In this document: positions 59,170 through 64,000 of the stretch, piece after piece | Layout: the number at the start of each line of letters is the position of its first letter | How positions within the stretch are numbered: the first letter of the stretch is position 1 | DNA from: an uncultured Gemmatimonadales bacterium | Lineage (GTDB): Bacteria > Gemmatimonadota > Gemmatimonadetes > Longimicrobiales > RSA9 | Assembly (NCBI GenBank): GCA_963816355.1 | Contig: CAWFKH010000003.1 | Location: 1,408,001-1,472,000, forward strand | Direction: 5' to 3' | DNA length: 64,000 nucleotides | Notes under the pieces: generated by a model | What the model was told of the DNA's origin: nothing | Seen by the model: the letters and a program-made list of their open reading frames with translations, nothing else | The model's database searches: none | Program-made: the position numbers and the translations under genes

Positions 59170-61473
59170 CTATCCCTCCGCCCGGAGGAGCGCGGCCGCG
59201 ACGGCGGCCTGCCCGTAGCTGATGGCGCCGTCGTTCGGACTCAGCCGGCGCGGCGCGAGAACGCGGAGCCCCGCCGACTCGAGGCGACGGCGCAGGGATC
59301 CGAGCAGACGCAGGTTCTGGAACACGCCGCCGCCGAGGACGACGGTCTCGACGCCGTGCTCGGCGCAGGCGACGCCGGCGAGGCCGGCGCCGGCGGCGGC
59401 GATGCTTTCGTGGAACGTCGCCGCGAGGTCGGCCGTGTCCTCGCCGCGCGCGGCGCGGCGCCCGAGCTCGGCGAGAAGCGCGGCGCCGTCCATCTCGCGC
59501 ACGCCGTCTTCCGCGACGGCGACGGGGACGGGAATCGGAGCGGCGGGGCGGCGGCCGGCGAGCGCTTCGAGCTCCATGGCCGCCTGGCCCTCGAAGGCGC
59601 ACGCGCGGCGCACGCCGAGGACGGCCGCGGCCGCGTCGAAAAGGCGGCCCATCGAGGAGGCGAGCGGCGCGTTGATACGGCGCTCGACCTGCGTCGTGGC
59701 GAGCTCGCGCTCGCGCGCCGGTACGTCGATGAACGCGCGCTCGAAAGCCGGCGCTTCGGCGGGTGCGAGCGCGAGGTAGCCGAGCGCCGCGCGCCACGGC
59801 CGGCGGGCGGCGATGTCGCCGCCGGGCAGCGGTGCGTAGCGCAGGCGGCCGAGCCGCCGATAGCCGCGCAGGTCCGCAAGCAGCAGCTCCGCGCCCCAGA
59901 CGCAGCCATCGTCGCCGTAGCCGGTGCCGTCGAAGGCGAGGCCGACCACCGGCTCCGCGACGCCGTGCTCCGCGGCGACGGCGGCGACGTGCGCGTGGTG
60001 GTGTTGTACGGCGATGACGCGCTCGAGGCCGAGTTCGTCGGCGATGCGGGTCGACAGGTAGCCGGGGTGCAGGTCGCGCACGGCGACTTCCGGCTCGATG
60101 TGGAAGATAGCGCGGAAGCGCTCGAGCGCCGCCCGGAAGTGCCCCAGCGTCTCGAGGTTCTCCAGGTCGCCGATGTGTGGACTGACGTACGCCGCGCCCT
60201 CGACGGCGAGCGCGAACGTGTTCTTGAGGTGCGGCCCGACCGCGATCAGCGGCCGCGGCGTCGCGACCGGGATCTCGATCGGCAGCGGCGCGAAGCCGCG
60301 CGCGCGCCGCAGGAAGACGGCGTCGTCGTCGCCGGCACGGACGACGGAGTCGTCGTAGCGCGCGACGATCTCGCGATCGTGGAGGAGGAAGGCGTCGGCG
60401 ACCTCGGCCAGGCGCTCGATCGCCTCGCCGTTGGCGGTCGCGATGGGCTCGTCGCTGGCGTTGCCGCTGGTCATGACGAGCGGCCGCTCCGCCTGCTCGA
60501 GCAGCAGGTGGTGCAGTGGAGTGTAGGCGAGCATGACGCCGACCTCGGCGAGGCCGGGGGCGACGGCCGGCGCGAGGCCGCTCTCGGCGCGCTTCGGGAG
60601 CACGACGATCGGCCGCTCGCGCGAAGCGAGCAGCCGTGCCGCCTCCGTGGAAACGCCGACGAGCTTCGCGGCGTCCTCCAGCGTGCGGATCATGACGGCG
60701 AGCGGCTTCGCCTCCCTCCCCTTGCGACGCCGCAGCCGAACGACGCTCGCCTCGCTGGTGGCGTCGGCGGCGAGGTGGAAGCCGCCGAGCCCGCGCAGGG
60801 CGACGATCGCGCCGACGCGCAGCAGGCGGGCGGCGGAAGCGATCGCATCGTCGCGCTCCGCCACGCGGCGGCGCTCCGGCGAGACGAGCCACACGCGGGG
60901 ACCGCACACGGGACAGGAGTTGGTCTCCGAGTGGTAGCGGCGGTCGCGCGGATCCTCGTACTCGGCGAGACACGCCGGGCACTGCGCGAAGTCCCGCATG
61001 CTCGTGCGCTCGCGGTCGTACGGCATCGTCTCGACGACGGTGTAGCGCGGGCCGCAGTCGGTGCACGTGATGAACGGGTAGCGGTGACGGCGGTTCGCGG
61101 GATCGAACAGCTCCGCCTCGCAGCTCGGGCAGAGCGCGACGTCCGGCGAGATCGGCAGCCGGCGGTCCGCCTGCGCGACGCTGCGCGCGATCTCGAACGC
61201 CACGGCGCCGCGCGGCGCGGTGCGCGCGACATCGAGGCCGTCGATGCGCGCGAGCGGCGGCGCCTCCGCGCAGAGCGCCGAGACGAACGCGTCGACGCTG
61301 TCGGCGCCGCCCTCCACCTCGATGCTCACGTCGCCGGACTCGTTGCGGATGCGGCCTCCGAGGCCGTGGCGCAGGGCGAGGCGGTGGACGAAGGGGCGGA
61401 AGCCGACCCCCTGCACGACGCCGCGGACACGCACTTCGAGCGCGACGCGCTCCGGCGCGACTCCGGACTTCAT
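59170..61473 (-). CDS. hypF: Carbamoyltransferase HypF
   Basis: GVVQGVGFRPF, zinc fingers, QHHHAH, NDGAISYGQ. Confidence 0.96.
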   Translation of the reverse strand: MKSGVAPERVALEVRVRGVVQGVGFRPFVHRLALRHGLGGRIRNESGDVSIEVEGGADSVDAFVSALCAEAPPLARIDGLDVARTAPRGAVAFEIARSVAQADRRLPISPDVALCPSCEAELFDPANRRHRYPFITCTDCGPRYTVVETMPYDRERTSMRDFAQCPACLAEYEDPRDRRYHSETNSCPVCGPRVWLVSPERRRVAERDDAIASAARLLRVGAIVALRGLGGFHLAADATSEASVVRLRRRKGREAKPLAVMIRTLEDAAKLVGVSTEAARLLASRERPIVVLPKRAESGLAPAVAPGLAEVGVMLAYTPLHHLLLEQAERPLVMTSGNASDEPIATANGEAIERLAEVADAFLLHDREIVARYDDSVVRAGDDDAVFLRRARGFAPLPIEIPVATPRPLIAVGPHLKNTFALAVEGAAYVSPHIGDLENLETLGHFRAALERFRAIFHIEPEVAVRDLHPGYLSTRIADELGLERVIAVQHHHAHVAAVAAEHGVAEPVVGLAFDGTGYGDDGCVWGAELLLADLRGYRRLGRLRYAPLPGGDIAARRPWRAALGYLALAPAEAPAFERAFIDVPARERELATTQVERRINAPLASSMGRLFDAAAAVLGVRRACAFEGQAAMELEALAGRRPAAPIPVPVAVAEDGVREMDGAALLAELGRRAARGEDTADLAATFHESIAAAGAGLAGVACAEHGVETVVLGGGVFQNLRLLGSLRRRLESAGLRVLAPRRLSPNDGAISYGQAAVAAALLRAEG

Positions 61474-62138
61474 GCGGGCGCGGGCGTCAGCAGCGAGCGC
61501 AGGAAGCCGTACCAGGCATCCAGGCCGTCGCCGCTGAGGGCGGAAGTGAAGAAGAAGTCGAGCTCGGGATTGACCTCGAGCGCGTACGCGACCGCCATAT
61601 CCATGTCGAAGGGGAGGTACGGCAGGAGGTCGACCTTGTTGATGACGGCGTAGCGCGCCTGCTGGAACATCTTCGGGTATTTGAGCGGCTTGTCCTCACC
61701 CTCGGTCGTCGAGAAGATGACGACCTTCGCCGCCTCGCCGAGATCCCAGCTAGCCGGGCACACCAGGTTGCCCACGTTCTCGACGAAGAGGAGGTCGGTG
61801 CCGTCGAGATCGATCGCGTCGAGCGCGGAGAGCACCTGACGCGCGTCGAGGTGGCAGGCGCCGCCGGTGACGACGGCCTGCACGAGCCGCTCGGTGTGCC
61901 GCGCGAGACGCTGGGCGTCGTTGCTCGTCTGCACGTCGCCGCTCACCACGGCCATCTCGATCTCGCCCCCCAGATCCTGCAGCGTGCGCTCCAGCAGGAG
62001 CGTCTTCCCGGAGCCGGGGGAGGATACGAGGTTGAGCGCGACGACGCCGTGCGCGGCCAGCCGGCCCCGCACCTGCGCGGCCAGCTCGTCGTTGCGCTCC
62101 ATCACGCGCTCGCGCACGTCAATCGTCCGGATCGCCAT
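61470..62138 (-). CDS. hypB: Nickel-insertion GTPase HypB
   Basis: SSPGSGKT, GACHLDA, ENVGNLVCP, EGEDKP, NKVD. Confidence 0.95.
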   Translation of the reverse strand: MAIRTIDVRERVMERNDELAAQVRGRLAAHGVVALNLVSSPGSGKTLLLERTLQDLGGEIEMAVVSGDVQTSNDAQRLARHTERLVQAVVTGGACHLDARQVLSALDAIDLDGTDLLFVENVGNLVCPASWDLGEAAKVVIFSTTEGEDKPLKYPKMFQQARYAVINKVDLLPYLPFDMDMAVAYALEVNPELDFFFTSALSGDGLDAWYGFLRSLLTPAPA

Positions 62139-62379
62139 CGTCGATCTCCACGTGGTCCACTCGCAGGATGTCGCCGTCCCGCCGCAGCATGCACGGCCGG
62201 GCGCGGCCGAACGGCGGCGCCCCGAGCAGCGCCTCCAGACAGAATTCCAGGTTCCCGATCTCCAGGCCGGCGTCGTCGCCGATCTCCACCGCAACCTCGA
62301 CCACGTCGCCGAGCCGGTCCGAACCCACCGCATCCTCCGCGATGCGGCAGATCTCCAGCGCCACGCTCATCTCATGCAC
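62119..62379 (-). CDS. hypA: Short HypA without zinc-finger domain
   Basis: MHEMSVA N-terminus, LEFC; 86 aa, no CxxC. Confidence 0.8.
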   Translation of the reverse strand: MHEMSVALEICRIAEDAVGSDRLGDVVEVAVEIGDDAGLEIGNLEFCLEALLGAPPFGRARPCMLRRDGDILRVDHVEIDDGDPDD

Positions 62380-62899
62380 GAGCCGGCTCCGTTACCGGCG
62401 GCGGCGTGTCGAGGACCGGCGCGCCCGCGCGCTCCTCCGCGCGCCAGCGCGCCAGCCGCGCCCGCACCGCGTCGAGCAGTACGTCCACCCGCTCGTGCAC
62501 CACCGCGCTCAGCTCGGTGCCGAGCTCGACGCGCTCCGGCTCGAGGCCGATGGCCACGGTGTCGGCCGGGAGCGTCCCGCGCAGCTCCGCGAGCGCGAGC
62601 ACATCGCGCATGTCCACCTGGTGCGGGGAGAGGCGCGCCTCGAACCAGAGCGGAAGCTCGTCACGCTCGAGCACGACGAGCGCGCCGGGGGCGCCGCCGC
62701 GGCGGATCGCGTCGATCAGGAGCACCCTCTCGGCGTCCTCGACGTACGGCAGCAGGTTCATCCCCCAGGTGCCGCCGTCGAGCAGCTCGACCTCCGGCCC
62801 GACGTCCGTTTCGGCGCGCAGACGCTCGAGTGCGTGCAGGCCGAGGCCGTCGTCCGTCATGAGCGGTGAGCCGACGCCGATCACTAGGGTGCGCGTCAT
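62372..62899 (-). CDS. Hydrogenase maturation protease (HyaD/HybD family)
   Basis: GVGSPLMTDDGLG, LDGGT, SPHQ. Confidence 0.93.
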   Translation of the reverse strand: MTRTLVIGVGSPLMTDDGLGLHALERLRAETDVGPEVELLDGGTWGMNLLPYVEDAERVLLIDAIRRGGAPGALVVLERDELPLWFEARLSPHQVDMRDVLALAELRGTLPADTVAIGLEPERVELGTELSAVVHERVDVLLDAVRARLARWRAEERAGAPVLDTPPPVTEPARA

Positions 62900-62902
62900 C
62901 GC

Positions 62903-63622
62903 TCACTCATCCTCGAAGCGGGTATCCGCGCGCACGAAGCGGCCGCCGCTGAAGATCGAGGAGAGCGTCCCCGAGCGCTCCATGACGTCGGCGCGCATGG
63001 CGAGGTAGACGTGGATCGGGATGAAGACGATGAAGAGCCAGGTGATGACGTGGTGGACGAAGCGCACGATCTGGAGGCCGCCGAGCAGCGGCGCGACCCA
63101 GGCGAAGGTGACGGCGAAGAAGCCGCCCGGGTTGTAGAGGCCGAAGAGGGTGAAGCCGGTGACGACCTGGATCGCCGCCAGGAGGTAGACGGCGGTGTAG
63201 CTGAACTGCTGCAGCGGATTGTGGCCGAGATAGTGCGGCGCCTTTTCCGGCCGGATCATGAGATAGAACTTCACCATCCTCCACAGATTCACCCAATCCC
63301 GCTTCCGCACCGGCAACAGCGCCCCCGCCCGCTCGTAGCGGTTGCCGGCGAAGAGCCAGTAGAAGCGGACGATGCCGGTCATCACGAGCACGCCGGCGGC
63401 GGCGAAGTGGACGAAGCGCACCCAGCCCATGGTGAAGGGCGTGGTCGTGCTGCCGCCCGCCATGAAGTACGGCTTTCCGATGTAGAAGCCGGTGGCGGCG
63501 AGCACGAGGATGCAGAGCGCGGCGGTCCAGTGCATGGCGCGGATCGGCCAGTGCCACAGATAGACCCAGCGGTAGGCGGGGGCGCCCTTCTCGGCGGCCC
63601 GGTCCGCGATTCCGGTGCTCAT
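62903..63622 (-). CDS. Ni/Fe-hydrogenase b-type cytochrome subunit
   Basis: RAMHW, RFVHF, GHNPLQ, VHH, IHVY. Confidence 0.93.
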   Translation of the reverse strand: MSTGIADRAAEKGAPAYRWVYLWHWPIRAMHWTAALCILVLAATGFYIGKPYFMAGGSTTTPFTMGWVRFVHFAAAGVLVMTGIVRFYWLFAGNRYERAGALLPVRKRDWVNLWRMVKFYLMIRPEKAPHYLGHNPLQQFSYTAVYLLAAIQVVTGFTLFGLYNPGGFFAVTFAWVAPLLGGLQIVRFVHHVITWLFIVFIPIHVYLAMRADVMERSGTLSSIFSGGRFVRADTRFEDE

Positions 63623-64000
63623 AGCACCCTCACCTGTGAAACCTCCTTGCCGGTCGCGTCGAGGACGTGCACGCCGCAGGCGATGCACGGGTCGAACGAG
63701 TGGACGGTGCGCAGGATCTCGAGCGGGCGCGCCGGATCGACCAGCGGGTGGTTGTCGGTGAGCGCCGCCTCGTAGGGGCCGACCTGCTTCTCGGCGTCCC
63801 GCGGCGAGGCGTTCCAGGTAGTGGGGACGACCGCTTGGTAGCGCGTGATTGCGCCGTCCTGGATCTGCACCCAGTGGCCGAGCGCGCCGCGCGGGGCGTC
63901 CATGTAGCCGTAGCCCTGCGCCTTCGCGGGCCACGTCGAGGGGTCCCACTTCTCCGCGTTGAAGGTGCGCACGTCGCCGCTCTTGATGCGGCCGACGAGG
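63619..64000 (-). CDS. Group 1 [NiFe]-hydrogenase large subunit, C-terminal part
   Basis: APRGALGHW, VPTTWNASP, L2 motif SFDPCIACGVH plus a cleavable tail. Confidence 0.95.
   Translation of the reverse strand, partial: LVGRIKSGDVRTFNAEKWDPSTWPAKAQGYGYMDAPRGALGHWVQIQDGAITRYQAVVPTTWNASPRDAEKQVGPYEAALTDNHPLVDPARPLEILRTVHSFDPCIACGVHVLDATGKEVSQVRVL

Noticed and set aside
63619..63720. [NiFeSe] hydrogenase / selenocysteine recoding
   Set aside because: The L2 motif is DPCIAC with normal Cys codons.

Overview
High-GC bacterial chromosomal segment. Gene content and order suggest Gemmatimonadota (inference, not checked). Most genes lie on the minus strand with frequent ATGA/GTGA overlaps. From left to right: (1) a receptor-less chemosensory operon cheW-cheY-cheA-cheC-TPR-DUF4388/TPR, followed by three Roadblock/MglB-domain genes and a DnaA-like ATPase that runs off the window; (2) a housekeeping block (tilS-hpt-ftsH-folP-cdaA, exbB-exbD-exbD-tonB, yggS-divIVA-pnp-ileS-lspA-rluD); (3) a USP gene, two histidine kinases and an NreC-like regulator, marC, and a cold-shock gene with an attenuator-like leader; (4) an M28 peptidase; (5) a leaderless RAPP-motif uORF in front of an outer-membrane barrel, metal-binding protein and permease with no ATPase; (6) an Mrp antiporter cluster with three MrpD-like subunits and one apparent frameshift; (7) a P1B-5-type ATPase; (8) a porin plus two multiheme cytochromes (8+1 and 16 heme motifs) lying directly downstream of a group 1 [NiFe]-hydrogenase/hyp operon whose HypA lacks the zinc finger. 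The best candidates for undescribed systems are the RAPP-gated metal uptake operon, the hydrogenase-linked porin-cytochrome conduit and the Che-Roadblock-DnaA-like module. A shared 17-bp palindrome may link several loci into one regulon. I recognised no rRNA, tRNA, CRISPR array or transposase. All family calls come from motif recognition by eye; no database searches were run.
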